Shown here in pieces: positions 54,206 to 64,000 of a stretch of 64,000 bases of DNA. Position 1 is the first letter of the stretch. Every line of letters begins with the position of its first letter. This DNA is from an uncultured Rickettsiales bacterium. GTDB lineage: Bacteria; Pseudomonadota; Alphaproteobacteria; Rickettsiales; RGZB01. The DNA is taken from positions 66,063-130,062 of the forward strand of contig CAYXPR010000004.1 in the NCBI GenBank assembly GCA_964467255.1, in the 5' to 3' direction. A program made the position numbers and the translations under genes. The notes under the pieces were generated by a model. That model did no database searches. It was not told where the DNA came from and worked only from the letters and a program-made list of their open reading frames with translations.

Positions 54206-56065
54206 TCATCCACCCAAATCAGTTTTTATTTTACCGCCCCACGCCAGGCGTAGTGCATTGGTGATGGCAAGAATGTCGATGCCTTCTTGCAGTAGTGCGC
54301 CCATGACCGGAGTGATGACGCCACCCGCTGCAAAGCCCATCGCAATAACACTTAAAACCATGCCGCCAATGGCGCTTTGCAGCACAATGCGACGCATGGC
54401 GGCACTGATGTGGATGAGCTCATCCACTTTCACTAGCGATGACTCCATGATAACAGCACCGCCCGCTTCAGCTGTGACGCTGCTGTGCTGACCAAAGGCA
54501 ATGCCCACTGTGGCAGAAGCAAGTGCAGGGGCATCGTTAATACCATCGCCCATGAAAAGTGTGGGGGCGAGGGCTGCCTCTGCCCGCACGATGGCCACTT
54601 TCTGCTCAGGGCTTTGCGAAGCAAGAGTTTCTGTGATGCCAAGCAAGCCAGCGAGGTAGCTGACTTCGGATTCACGGTCGCCGGAAACGAGCATTACCTT
54701 ATTAAACTGATGCGACGGAGAAAGATGGCGGATGAATGACTTGCCTTCCACACGCGGTGCGTCGCGAAAACGGAACGTGGCGGCGTAATGACCATCCATG
54801 AGGATAACACACTCAAGGCCTGCCGAGGTCGGTGGAAGCAGCGCGGCAATATCTGGCGCCGTTTGCAAAAGTTTTTTGCGGTGTGTGACGCGAATTTCAT
54901 GCGCGGCGACAGTGCCAACCAAACCTTGCCCAGGCTTTTCAGACACGCTGAGTGCATCGATAAGCGTTAGATTTTCTTTTGCTGCCGCTTGTAAAATGGC
55001 GCTGGCAAGCGGATGTTTGGAATAGCGCTCAAGGCTGGCGGCATATTGCAAGACAGTGTTTTTCTCGACGCCTTTGGCGGAGAGGATTTCAGTTAGCTCA
55101 GGCTTGCCGTAAGTGAGTGTGCCGGTTTTATCAAAAATGGCGGTACGGCAAGTGGGCAGGCGCTCCAGCACGGTGGGGTCTTTGATGATGATGCCGCGCC
55201 GTGCCGCCATGGAAATGGCGCTGATGAGTGTGATGGGTATTGCAATGAGCAACGGGCAGGGCGTAGCCACTACCAGCACGGCTAAGAAGCGTGTGGCATC
55301 GCCGGTAAGGTACCATGCTGCCACCGCAACAACCAGCGCAAGAGGGGCAAAGAAAGCACCAATCTGATCGCCCAAACGCCGCATGGAGGGGCGTTTCTGT
55401 TCCGCTTCTTGCATGACCTCCATGATTTGTGCATAGCGTGAATCAGCGGGAATTTTTTCGGCACGGATGACTAGGACAGCTTCGCCATTGATGGCGCCGG
55501 AAAGAACTGCTGCGCCCGGCGCTTTAGAGACGTGGTAGGGCTCGCCCGTGAGGTACGATTCATCCATCGTGCCATTCCCTTCGATGACAACTCCATCTAC
55601 CGGTGCGGCCTCATGCGGGTAAATTACGATTTCATCACCGATGGCGATATCGGCAAGCGGCACATCTTCAATCTGACTACCTTTTCTGCGGTGCGCAGTG
55701 GCGGGCATACGGTTTGCGAGCGCTAGCAGCACCGAGGATGCCTTGCGCATGGCGTAGGCCTCGAGCGCCTGCCCGCTAGCCAGCATGAGAACAATAAGTA
55801 TGGCCGCCAGATATTCGCCCAGCCAGATACCAGTAAACAGGGCGAGTGCCGCGAGTAAGTCTGCCCCGAGATCTTTTTTTAACAGTTTTTTGAGAATGCC
55901 CCACACGAGTGAAGGCGTGCCCGCGGCGAGAACAGTCCACAGTGGCCAATGCGCATAATGGGCGGGTAATAAAAAATGCAGCGCGATGGCAACAACACAT
56001 GCTATTGCGAGTGCGAGATTAAGGCGCGAAGTAGTGGGCAAATGTGAGGAAGGTTTTTTGTGCAT
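54206..56065 (-). CDS. P1B-type heavy-metal ATPase without N-terminal metal-binding domain; TPCP motif (P1B-5-like)
   Basis: DKTGTLT, TGEP, GDGINDAPAL; transmembrane motif VVATPCPLLIAIP; 619 aa. Confidence 0.85.
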   Translation of the reverse strand: MHKKPSSHLPTTSRLNLALAIACVVAIALHFLLPAHYAHWPLWTVLAAGTPSLVWGILKKLLKKDLGADLLAALALFTGIWLGEYLAAILIVLMLASGQALEAYAMRKASSVLLALANRMPATAHRRKGSQIEDVPLADIAIGDEIVIYPHEAAPVDGVVIEGNGTMDESYLTGEPYHVSKAPGAAVLSGAINGEAVLVIRAEKIPADSRYAQIMEVMQEAEQKRPSMRRLGDQIGAFFAPLALVVAVAAWYLTGDATRFLAVLVVATPCPLLIAIPITLISAISMAARRGIIIKDPTVLERLPTCRTAIFDKTGTLTYGKPELTEILSAKGVEKNTVLQYAASLERYSKHPLASAILQAAAKENLTLIDALSVSEKPGQGLVGTVAAHEIRVTHRKKLLQTAPDIAALLPPTSAGLECVILMDGHYAATFRFRDAPRVEGKSFIRHLSPSHQFNKVMLVSGDRESEVSYLAGLLGITETLASQSPEQKVAIVRAEAALAPTLFMGDGINDAPALASATVGIAFGQHSSVTAEAGGAVIMESSLVKVDELIHISAAMRRIVLQSAIGGMVLSVIAMGFAAGGVITPVMGALLQEGIDILAITNALRLAWGGKIKTDLGG

Positions 56066-56140
56066 GCGTTACCATAAGCCTGTAACACGGGCCTGACAAC
56101 AAAAGGCCATAAATAAAAATGGCGGACAAGAAAGTTTTAA

Positions 56141-56217
56141 TGGTCGGAACGACAGGATTTGAACCTGCGACCCCTAGTCCCCCAGACTAGTGCGCTACCG
56201 GGCTGCGCTACGCTCCG
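56141..56217 (-). tRNA. tRNA-Pro (anticodon GGG)
   Basis: Minus-strand read cggagcgtagcgcagcccggtagcgcactagtctgggggactaggggtcgcaggttcaaatcctgtcgttccgacca. Anticodon stem ctagt/actag, loop ctGGGgg. Encoded CCA. Confidence 0.92.
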
Positions 56218-56311
56218 ACACAATAAAAACCGTGCCAGCCAGTTAAAGCCTTAACACCGTGAAGTCAAGAGATTATCAGGGAAAGAAGTGCGTGAGCCTT
56301 AGGCGCGGGCA

Positions 56312-56725
56312 CTATGCGCGGGATTGCAAAAGCAGGTCGCGCAGCTCGCACAATTCATTGAAGGCGGCTTTTAGTTTTTCAACATCGTCTGCCGCAAGGT
56401 TTTTACCTGCTATTTCCGGTGCGCCTGCCACGAACAAATCAGACTGGTCTTCTTCGGTGCCGATGAGGTCGGTGCCACGGTCACCCAAAAATTTCTGCGC
56501 ACCTTTAATGGTGAAACCTTTTTCATGCAGCAGTGTTTTGATTTCTTTTAAGGCATCCACATCCTGCGGGCGATAGTAACGGTGACCGCCGCGGCGCTTA
56601 TGTGGTTTGATATTGGAAAACTTGCTCTCCCAGAAACGCAGCACATGCTGCGGCAGGCTGAGTTCAGCCGCCACTTCGCCTATCGTGCGGAAGGCGGTAG
56701 GAGATTTGCGTGCATCCTGCGTCAT
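56312..56725 (-). CDS. MerR-family transcriptional regulator
   Basis: [25 protein letters not shown]...[11 protein letters not shown] wHTH. Position downstream of ihfA and next to tRNA-Pro. Confidence 0.85.
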   Translation of the reverse strand: MTQDARKSPTAFRTIGEVAAELSLPQHVLRFWESKFSNIKPHKRRGGHRYYRPQDVDALKEIKTLLHEKGFTIKGAQKFLGDRGTDLIGTEEDQSDLFVAGAPEIAGKNLAADDVEKLKAAFNELCELRDLLLQSRA

Positions 56726-56735
56726 GATTTATGCG

Positions 56736-57062
56736 TTAGGATTGGGTGCCACCGGCGCCGGGCTCATCGGGCCCGTTGATGGTTTTGGTCATGATGTTCG
56801 ACGAATGGAAAGTGACCACGCGGCGTGCGGTGATCGGAACTTCCACTTTGGTTTTTGGGTTACGGCCCACGCGCTGTTTTTTCTGGCGCACTTTGAAGCT
56901 GCCGAACGAAGAGAGCTTTACGGATTCGCCTTTTTCGAGCGCTTTGGAAAGTTCTTCCAATACGGAATCGACGAGGTCAGCGCACTCAGAGTGGGAGAAC
57001 CCCACTTCACGATACACTGCTTCCGTCAGATCAAGACGAGTGATGGTTTTTCCGCTATCCAT
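56736..57062 (-). CDS. ihfA: integration host factor subunit alpha
   Basis: 108 aa: GESVKLSSFGSFKVRQKKQRVGRNPKTKVEVPITARRVVTF, collinear with E. coli IhfA. Confidence 0.92.
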   Translation of the reverse strand: MDSGKTITRLDLTEAVYREVGFSHSECADLVDSVLEELSKALEKGESVKLSSFGSFKVRQKKQRVGRNPKTKVEVPITARRVVTFHSSNIMTKTINGPDEPGAGGTQS

Positions 57063-57164
57063 AAACCCTCCGTTGTTTATCGTAAAAGGGTACGCCTGCC
57101 TCGATGCGGTGTCAACGAAAAAAACTTATATCACGCTGATTTTAAAGAGTTTTGAGCCTTTTTT

Positions 57165-58127
57165 TTACCAGCGGATGAGGGCCGAGCCCCACGCCAAACC
57201 GCCGCCAATAGCCTCAAGGCAAAGCAACTGATTTTTCTTAATTTTCCCTTGTTTTACAGCCGCATGGAGGGCAAGGGGGATAGAGGCTGCCGAGGTGTTG
57301 GCATGGTCTGCCACAGTGGTAATCACCTTTTCCATAGGCAAATTCAAACGCCTAGCCACCGCATCGATAATTCTGAGGTTGGCTTGGTGGGGCACCATCC
57401 AATCCAGCGCTTCGGGGGCAAGATTATTCGCTTTGAGGGCCTCTAGTGTGGCATCGGCCAGCTTTTGAGTGGCATGGCGGAAGACTTCTTTGCCCTGCAT
57501 GCGAATCGCGCCGCTTTTATTCCCGCTGCTGCCCGCACCACCATCGACAAACAAAATATCGCGCGTGCTGCCATCGGAATATAAATGCGTGGAAAGCACG
57601 CCGCGTTCACCGCCATTTTCTGCTTTCAGTACTAGTGCCCCCGCACCATCACCAAACAATACACACGTGGTGCGGTCATTCCAATCCACGAGGCGCGTGA
57701 TGGCTTCAGCACCAATCACCAGCGCGCAGCGGCTTTGCCCGACGCGGATAAAATTATCGGCCACTGCGAGCGCATAAATAAATCCTGCGCACACAGCTTG
57801 CACGTCGAACGCGGCACCTTTTTTCATGCCGAGCAAGTGTTGTACACGTGTGGCAGAAGAAGGGAAGGTGTTGTCGGGCGTGGTGGTGGCGAGCACGATT
57901 AAGTCGACTTCGTCGGCGGTGATGCCAGCATTGGCAAGCGCATCTGCCGCCGCTTTTGCCGCCATGTCAGATGTCATCTCGCCTTCAGCGGCCACATGGC
58001 GCTGACGTATACCGGTGCGCTCGGTAATCCACTCATCGTTCGTGTCGATAATTTTTTCAAGGTCTGCGTTGGTGAGAATTTTCTCAGGCAGATAAGCACC
58101 ACAACCGATGATGACAGAGCGTTGCAT
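57165..58127 (-). CDS. fabH: 3-oxoacyl-ACP synthase III
   Basis: 320 aa with the catalytic Cys context ([13 protein letters not shown]), HQAN, and GGGLAWG. Confidence 0.95.
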   Translation of the reverse strand: MQRSVIIGCGAYLPEKILTNADLEKIIDTNDEWITERTGIRQRHVAAEGEMTSDMAAKAAADALANAGITADEVDLIVLATTTPDNTFPSSATRVQHLLGMKKGAAFDVQAVCAGFIYALAVADNFIRVGQSRCALVIGAEAITRLVDWNDRTTCVLFGDGAGALVLKAENGGERGVLSTHLYSDGSTRDILFVDGGAGSSGNKSGAIRMQGKEVFRHATQKLADATLEALKANNLAPEALDWMVPHQANLRIIDAVARRLNLPMEKVITTVADHANTSAASIPLALHAAVKQGKIKKNQLLCLEAIGGGLAWGSALIRW

Positions 58128-58134
58128 GGCGGGC

Positions 58135-59181
58135 TTACGCTTTCTCCAGCAGCAAGTGCGAGTGTGTGGTGTTCATGTCTTCAATAATTTGCTGATTCAC
58201 ATTGTGTGAAATCATATTGGCGGCCACGCCAACGGCATTGGCAAAGCCAACACCATCCGTGCCGCCATGGCTTTTCACCACCACGCCGTTCAAGCCAAGG
58301 AACATGGCGCCGTTATGGTGGCGCGGGTCCAGATGCGCGAACATGGTTTTAAGCGCAGGGCGTGCCAGCAGGTAACCTAGTTTTGCAAGCAGCGAGCTGC
58401 CGAAGGCTTGCTTTAAATAATGCACGCAAGTTTTGGCTGTGCCCTCTGCAGTTTTGAGCGCGATGTTGCCGGAAAAACCATCTGTTACCACCACATCGAC
58501 GAGGCCTTCAGAGATGCTGTCGCCTTCAATATAACCATAAAAATAGGGCGCAAGGCTGGATTCGCGCAGGTTGGCGGATGCGGCCTTGATTTCGTCGCGA
58601 CCTTTCATTTCTTCCGAGCCAATGTTCAGCAGGCCAATGCGTGGGTTTTGTAAGCCCAGCACGGCGCGGGTAAAGGCATCGCCCATTACCGCGAATTCAA
58701 ACAGATTTTCGGCATCGCACTCCACGTTTGCGCCGAGGTCGAGAATCACGCATTCGCCATTTTTGGTGGGGAAGAGTGACGCAATCGCAGGGCGGTCAAT
58801 GCCCTCCAGCGTGCGCAGCAGAAATTTGGCAATCGCCATCAGCGCGCCAGTGTTGCCAGCAGACACGGCACCATCAGCCTTGCCATCCATCACCGCGTGA
58901 ATGGCCATGCCCATCGAGGAGGTTTTATTTTTACGCAGCGCAACAGAAGGTTTTTCGTCGCTTTGAATTACGACATCCGCATGCACCACCGTGCTGACAG
59001 CACGGAGTTTTGGAAATTGCTGCAGTATTTTTTCGAGCTGTGGCGCATCGCCATAAAGCAGAAATTTAATGCCAGGGTGGCGTAGTAACGCCTTATCCGC
59101 GCCTTCCAGCACGGAAAGCGGCGCATTATCTCCCCCCATCGCATCCAGTGCGAGTGTCATGTCTTTGCGGGGAGTGGCCAT
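58135..59181 (-). CDS. plsX: phosphate acyltransferase PlsX
   Basis: 348 aa: [27 protein letters not shown]. Confidence 0.95.
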   Translation of the reverse strand: MATPRKDMTLALDAMGGDNAPLSVLEGADKALLRHPGIKFLLYGDAPQLEKILQQFPKLRAVSTVVHADVVIQSDEKPSVALRKNKTSSMGMAIHAVMDGKADGAVSAGNTGALMAIAKFLLRTLEGIDRPAIASLFPTKNGECVILDLGANVECDAENLFEFAVMGDAFTRAVLGLQNPRIGLLNIGSEEMKGRDEIKAASANLRESSLAPYFYGYIEGDSISEGLVDVVVTDGFSGNIALKTAEGTAKTCVHYLKQAFGSSLLAKLGYLLARPALKTMFAHLDPRHHNGAMFLGLNGVVVKSHGGTDGVGFANAVGVAANMISHNVNQQIIEDMNTTHSHLLLEKA

Positions 59182-59201
59182 GATCTACTAGGCCAAAAAA
59201 A

Positions 59202-59411
59202 CTAATTCGCTTTGCCGGCAGCCTGATCGCTCTCTGCGTCTGGCTCCACAACAACACGGCGGCCATCATAGTAGCCATCCTTCGTGAGGTGGTGCGGCAG
59301 CTTCAGTTCGCCCGTTGTGCGATCTTCCACCAGATTAATGCGGCCCAGCGCATGGTGAGAACGACGCATGTTGCGGCGCGATTTCGATGTTTTCTTCTTA
59401 GGAACAGCCAT
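59202..59411 (-). CDS. rpmF: 50S ribosomal protein L32
   Basis: [22 protein letters not shown]. Located upstream of plsX. Confidence 0.93.
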   Translation of the reverse strand: MAVPKKKTSKSRRNMRRSHHALGRINLVEDRTTGELKLPHHLTKDGYYDGRRVVVEPDAESDQAAGKAN

Positions 59412-59574
59412 TGCAACTTATCCTTCTGCTATATATTATTCTGTGCTGTGCTTTAATGCGACCGCGTGAGCGGCGCACATGTTTCAAGGCGGCTGGTTAT
59501 AATATAGTTCTACTGATAAATCCAGCATTTAGTAGTGCCCTAATGGGCTAGGATAAAAAAACAGAGTATAATTC

Positions 59575-60039
59575 ATGGTTATCAAACGGTTAGTATATTT
59601 TTTCTGCGCACTGGTTTTGCCGGTTTTAGCGGTTACAGGCTGCATTAAAACCACAGAAGAGCGCGGTTATGTGAATAAGTTCACCAAGTGGGCTGATGTG
59701 CAAAAGGGCGTGAGCACTCGCGAAGACGTGACCCGCCTGATGGGTTCTCCTTCAACCCAATCTACCTACGGGAAAGAAACCTGGTACTATATTTCGACCA
59801 CGGCAGAGAGTGTGGCCTTTGCTTCCCCCACGCTGGTGGACCAGAACGTATTATATGTGACGTTTTCAGATGCGGGCGTGGTGGAAACCACGGGCAAATA
59901 CTCTATCAATGATGCCCGTGATATTGCCTTTGCCAAAGACCAGACTACCACCGAAGGTAATGATTTCACGGTGACGCAGCAGTTGCTGGGCAACCTTGGA
60001 CGCTTCAATCCGAAGGATAGAGATTCGTCCGGTAATTAA
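59575..60039 (+). CDS. bamE: outer membrane protein assembly factor BamE (SmpA/OmlA)
   Basis: Lipobox AVTGC. GVSTREDVTRLMGSPS...ETWYYI pattern. Confidence 0.8.
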   Translation: MVIKRLVYFFCALVLPVLAVTGCIKTTEERGYVNKFTKWADVQKGVSTREDVTRLMGSPSTQSTYGKETWYYISTTAESVAFASPTLVDQNVLYVTFSDAGVVETTGKYSINDARDIAFAKDQTTTEGNDFTVTQQLLGNLGRFNPKDRDSSGN

Positions 60040-60040
60040 T

Positions 60041-61039
60041 TTAATCGCTCTTTTCTTTACTGCCTGGCACCCATCCCAAGGCGAATTTTTTGGCTTCTTT
60101 TGGAGAGCCTGGTGCCTTGACGCCGCTAGTTTTAATTAACGACAGCGCCATCGACCCAAAGATGAGTACGCCAGTGGCCATTAATGCATAGTGCGTGGGG
60201 ATAAATTTGCCGCCGAAGTATGAGTTCAGCAACATTTTAACGCCCACGAGCATCAGCACCAAGGAAAGGCCGTATTTAAGGTAATGAAAGCGGTGGATAA
60301 TCCCCGCCAGCGCAAAATAAAGTGCCCGCAGGCCTAAAATGGCAAACACGTTAGAGGTGTAGACAATAAAGGGGTCGTGCGTGATAGCAAAAATAGCGGG
60401 GATGGAGTCAACCGCAAACACAAGGTCTGTGATTTCAATAAGCACCAGCACGATGAATAATGGCGTAATCCAGAGCTTTTTATTTTTGCGTACAAAGAAG
60501 CGCTCAGCATGAAAACCATCGGTTACACGAAAATGTTTCCGCATAAATGTGACAATGCGGTTGGTGCTTAGGTCTGGTTTTTTATTAATTGCGATCAGCA
60601 TTTTGATGCTGGTGATGACCAGAAACGCCCCGAAGAAATATAAAATCCAGTGAAATTCTTTTATGAGTGCCGCACCGAGCGCAATCATGATGCCGCGCAT
60701 CACGAGCGCGCCTAAAATACCCCAGAACAAAACACGGTGTTGATATTGTGGCGGCACTGCAAAGTGACTGAAAATCAGAACGAAGACAAAGATGTTGTCG
60801 AGGCTCAAGCTTTTTTCAATGAGGTAGCCTGTAAAGAACGCATATCCCGTTTCAGGGCCCATGAAATGGAAGATGACTCCCCCAAAACACAGCGCGACGA
60901 TAAAATACCCCAAACTCAGCAGGAGTGCTTCGCTGACGCGAATTTCACGATTTTTTTTGTGCAGGACGCCCAAGTCAAAGGCGAGCAACAATAGCACCAG
61001 TACGTTGAAACCAACCCAGTGCCACATCGTGAGTTCCAT
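60041..61039 (-). CDS. TerC-family integral membrane protein
   Basis: 332 aa, ~9 TM segments. EKSLSLDNIFVF and TDLVFAVDSIPA TerC motifs. Confidence 0.85.
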   Translation of the reverse strand: MELTMWHWVGFNVLVLLLLAFDLGVLHKKNREIRVSEALLLSLGYFIVALCFGGVIFHFMGPETGYAFFTGYLIEKSLSLDNIFVFVLIFSHFAVPPQYQHRVLFWGILGALVMRGIMIALGAALIKEFHWILYFFGAFLVITSIKMLIAINKKPDLSTNRIVTFMRKHFRVTDGFHAERFFVRKNKKLWITPLFIVLVLIEITDLVFAVDSIPAIFAITHDPFIVYTSNVFAILGLRALYFALAGIIHRFHYLKYGLSLVLMLVGVKMLLNSYFGGKFIPTHYALMATGVLIFGSMALSLIKTSGVKAPGSPKEAKKFALGWVPGSKEKSD

Positions 61040-61049
61040 AAAAGACCAG

Positions 61050-63905
61050 CTAACTGTTATTCAGGAAGCCGCGCATTTTGCGCGAACGACTCGGGTGCTT
61101 CAGCTTACGGAGTGCCTTGGCTTCAATCTGACGGATACGCTCACGCGTGACCGAGAATTGTTGGCCTACTTCTTCCAGCGTGTGGTCGGTGTTCATGCCG
61201 ATGCCAAAACGCATACGCAGCACACGTTCCTCACGCGGGGTGAGGGTGGCCAGCACGCGCGTGGTGATTTCACGCAGGTTGGAGTTGATGGCGGCATCCA
61301 ATGGAAGCAGCGCGTTTTTATCTTCGATAAAGTCGCCGAGGAAGCTACCATCTTCGTCACCCACCGGGGTTTCGAGCGACACAGGCTCTTTTGCGATTTT
61401 CATCACCTTGCGCACTTTGTCGAGAGGCATGGAAAGCTTTTCCGCCAGCTCTTCAGGCGTAGGCTCGCGGCCCATTTCATGCAGCATCTGACGGCTGGTG
61501 CGGACGATTTTATTAATCGTTTCAATCATGTGCACCGGAATACGGATGGTGCGCGCCTGATCGGCAATCGAGCGCGTGATGGCTTGGCGAATCCACCATG
61601 TGGCGTAGGTCGAAAATTTGTAACCACGGCGGTATTCGAATTTATCCACCGCCTTCATGAGACCGATATTCCCTTCCTGAATCAGGTCGAGGAATTGCAG
61701 GCCGCGGTTGGTGTATTTTTTCGCGATGGAGATTACGAGGCGCAGGTTGGCCTCAATCATTTCCTTCTTCGCTTTGTTGGTTTCGCGCTCACCTTTTTGC
61801 ACGGCGCTGACGATGCGCTTGAAATCTGCAATGTCGATGCCCTGCTCGTGGGCGGCGGCTTCGATTTCCTTACGCAGCGCGGCAATCTGGTCTTTGCTTT
61901 TTTCGGTAAAGTCTTTCCAGCCTTTGTCCTTGAGCTTCGCAACGCGCTTCACCCAATCCACCTCGAGCTCGTGGCCGAGGTAATTCTGCAGGAAGCTGGC
62001 ACGCGGTACGCGAGCAGATTCGGCTAAACGCAGCAATTTGCCTTCCGTAGCAATCAGGCGTTTGTTTGCGGCATAAAGTTCCTGCATGATTTCACTGATG
62101 CTGTCTTCATTCAGGTGCAGGGTTTTCACATGTGCCAAAAGTTGAGCGTGCAGTTTGGCATAGTCTTTGATTTCCTTGTCGGCATAGCTGCCTTTTTCGA
62201 GCGCAGCGGCCAAACGTTTTTCATGCAGCTTCAGTGATTTCTGGCACAGGCCCGTTACTTTTTCGAGCACTTCCATCACCGACGGCATGAGCTTGCTTTC
62301 CATCGCAGCGAGGGAAACACTGCTGCCGAATTCATCGTCTTCTTCCAGCATTTCGCCTTCGGCGGTCATCTCGCCTTCTTCACCCTCTTCGGATTCCTCG
62401 TCGTCCATCATTTCTTCATCGGCGTCGTCGATGAAGTCATCGTCATCATCGTCTTCATCATCGTCGCCGGATTTTTTCTTGGCGGCTTTCTTGGCGGCCT
62501 TGGCTTCTTCTTTTGCAGCCTTGGCCTCTTCTTTCGCGCGCGCCTTTTCCTGCTTGGCGAGTTCTTTGGCTTCTTCTTTCGCCGTTTCCTTGGCTTTCTT
62601 CGCGTCTTCTTTCGCGGCTTTTTCTTCTTCGGTTTCATCAAAGGCGCCGGCTGCAATGGCGACTGCACCAATCTCTGAACCATAAATCGCATCAAGGTCC
62701 ACAATGTCACGCAGCATCAGCTTGCCGCCGGAAAGACCGTCGTACCATGAAAGCAGCGAGCGCATGAACAACGGGCTTTCGCACAGCGAACCCATCATGG
62801 TTTCGCGGCCGGACTCAATGCGCTTTGCAATTTCAACTTCGCCTTCACGGGAGAGCAGTTCCACGTTGCCCATTTCGCGTAAGTACATACGTACGGGGTC
62901 ATCGGTGCGGGAAGCGACCTCCTGTTCTTTTTCTTCTTCTTCCTCTTCTTCTTCTTTCTCGAAATCTTCCTCTTCTTCCATGTCGAGGAGGTCTTCTTCC
63001 TTGTCGGAAACAACGATGTTCGATTCCGCCAGCAGCGTAATCAGCTGGTCGAGGAAATCAGGAGCAACCTGACCCGGAGGCAGTGCCAGATTGATTTCGT
63101 CAATCGTGAGGAAGCCGCCACGCTCCTTGCCCATCGCAATCATTTTTTTGACGAGGGCGGCGAGGACTTTCTTTTGCGATTCTTTTTCTTTAGGCGAAAG
63201 TTCTTTTGCGGGCTCTTGTTCTACAGCCTTGCCTTTGGCGCCACCTTTTTTTGGCTCTGGCGCGGCCTGAGATTTTTTGCCTTTGCCGGCGGGTGCGATA
63301 TCTAGCGGTAGTTCGCCTTGGTTCGTGCTCCCCTTTTTACCTTTTTCCGCTGCTCCCGCTTTTTTATTCTTACTCACCGATAAATCCGTTTTACGCTGGC
63401 TGTTCATTAATTGTTTGATAGCTTCATTCTTTGACATACCCGTGTTCTGCTTCGGGGATGCTTCTTTTGCAGCGGCGCCTTTTTTAGGAGCAGGGGCTGC
63501 AACAGGCTTGTTCGGAAGAGCCTTGGCCTTGGCATTGCCTTTCGGGGGCGGTGCGGTGACTTTTTTGCCGCCCTTTACTGGAGTGGCAGATTTTTTAGGC
63601 GCGGGTTTTGCGCTGGCTTTTGGCTTTAATGTTTTTTGCGGCTTTTTGGCGACCGGTTTTGCTGCCTTTTTAGGTGCGGGTTTCGCACTTGCTTTTGGCT
63701 TATTCACTTTGGCAGGCAGCTTCTTGTTTTTGGTGGCGGCAGGCTTTTTGGCGCCCTGCTTCTTCACCGCAGAACTGCTAGGTTTTTTCGCTTTTGTTGC
63801 GGATTTTTTATCCGCCTTACTGACTGATTTTTTAGAAGTATTTGATGACTTTTTGGAACCAGATTTCGCTAATTTCTTAGCCATAAGCCCGAAACGCTCC
63901 CACAT
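61050..63905 (-). CDS. rpoD: RNA polymerase primary sigma factor RpoD with long basic N-terminal extension
   Basis: Conserved regions 1.2-4.2 ([80 protein letters not shown]). 951 aa. AGGGG SD for ATG 63905; an alternative ATG lies at 63884. Confidence 0.93.
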   Translation of the reverse strand: MWERFGLMAKKLAKSGSKKSSNTSKKSVSKADKKSATKAKKPSSSAVKKQGAKKPAATKNKKLPAKVNKPKASAKPAPKKAAKPVAKKPQKTLKPKASAKPAPKKSATPVKGGKKVTAPPPKGNAKAKALPNKPVAAPAPKKGAAAKEASPKQNTGMSKNEAIKQLMNSQRKTDLSVSKNKKAGAAEKGKKGSTNQGELPLDIAPAGKGKKSQAAPEPKKGGAKGKAVEQEPAKELSPKEKESQKKVLAALVKKMIAMGKERGGFLTIDEINLALPPGQVAPDFLDQLITLLAESNIVVSDKEEDLLDMEEEEDFEKEEEEEEEEKEQEVASRTDDPVRMYLREMGNVELLSREGEVEIAKRIESGRETMMGSLCESPLFMRSLLSWYDGLSGGKLMLRDIVDLDAIYGSEIGAVAIAAGAFDETEEEKAAKEDAKKAKETAKEEAKELAKQEKARAKEEAKAAKEEAKAAKKAAKKKSGDDDEDDDDDDFIDDADEEMMDDEESEEGEEGEMTAEGEMLEEDDEFGSSVSLAAMESKLMPSVMEVLEKVTGLCQKSLKLHEKRLAAALEKGSYADKEIKDYAKLHAQLLAHVKTLHLNEDSISEIMQELYAANKRLIATEGKLLRLAESARVPRASFLQNYLGHELEVDWVKRVAKLKDKGWKDFTEKSKDQIAALRKEIEAAAHEQGIDIADFKRIVSAVQKGERETNKAKKEMIEANLRLVISIAKKYTNRGLQFLDLIQEGNIGLMKAVDKFEYRRGYKFSTYATWWIRQAITRSIADQARTIRIPVHMIETINKIVRTSRQMLHEMGREPTPEELAEKLSMPLDKVRKVMKIAKEPVSLETPVGDEDGSFLGDFIEDKNALLPLDAAINSNLREITTRVLATLTPREERVLRMRFGIGMNTDHTLEEVGQQFSVTRERIRQIEAKALRKLKHPSRSRKMRGFLNNS

Positions 63906-64000
63906 ATGAGTTGCCCCTATCTAATGGATTTACCCATGAACCACAAGCAAATAATGCACCGAATGATTAAGATTCCTGCGCTTCTAGCACTTGTTCGTAC

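Noticed and set aside
53129-56217. Possible genomic island integrated at tRNA-Pro (ATPase plus small ORFs, low-GC patch).
   Set aside because: There is no integrase, and I could find no direct repeat of the tRNA 3' end (ggaacgacaggatttgaacc) in 52900-54200. Only the 52940-53400 patch is clearly low-GC.
61040-61049. Expected a yybP-ykoY (Mn2+) riboswitch upstream of the TerC-family gene.
   Set aside because: Only 10 bp separate terC from the rpoD stop, which leaves no room for a riboswitch. The gene appears to be co-transcribed with rpoD.
63967-64000. 11-codon reading-frame end (…YEQVLEAQES*) on the minus strand upstream of rpoD, in the position expected for the dnaG 3' end.
   Set aside because: It is too short to identify from sequence; only synteny expectation supports it.

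Overview
The window looks like a gene-dense chromosomal segment from an alphaproteobacterium. Synteny blocks that fit this are plsX-fabH-ihfA-merR-tRNA-Pro, chorismate mutase-hisC, TPR-ispE and yfgM-bamB-der. Spot counts of single 60-nt lines give about 55-58% GC in most genes; this was not computed for the whole window.

About 55 protein genes and 2 tRNAs (Leu-CAG, Pro-GGG) are supported. I found no rRNA, CRISPR array, transposase, integrase, phage gene or recognisable defence system.

Most genes are housekeeping: flhB, tsaC, hisC, trkH, folE, nadC, ispE, der, bamB, bamE, aceB, map, radC, typA, chrA, fabH, plsX, rpmF, ihfA and rpoD. Many ORF-track entries carry spurious N-terminal extensions or are antisense artefacts. 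I re-set starts where an internal ATG with a Shine-Dalgarno (SD) sequence removes a gene overlap. One edge-truncated gene is missing from the track: a PAS sensor at 1..1128 on the minus strand, which I read directly from the sequence.

The lineage-specific content worth a second look is:
- a 938-aa protein carrying a degenerate plus an intact LOG/SLOG nucleotide-hydrolase domain behind a roughly 530-aa unassigned N-region, at the end of a same-strand HIT / ferredoxin / nucleoside-recognition membrane protein cluster;
- a tandem pair of large unassigned proteins (617 aa membrane-anchored, and 567 aa with a dense [D/E]RR repeat block) between aceB and a YyaL-like gene;
- an essential ispE whose conserved catalytic N-terminus has no canonical start codon, only an ATA overlapping the upstream stop (ATAA);
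- three RTX proteins at two loci (a serralysin-type protease and twin 340-aa all-repeat proteins) with no type I secretion genes in the window;
- a low-GC GT-C glycosyltransferase directly after tRNA-Leu;
- RpoD with a roughly 245-aa Lys/Ala/Pro-rich N-terminal extension;
- a Coq4-motif protein;
- a TPCP-motif (P1B-5-type) ATPase.

None of these can be proven novel without database searches. I rank the LOG-fusion cluster and the 617/567 pair as the best candidates for an undescribed system, at moderate confidence only.
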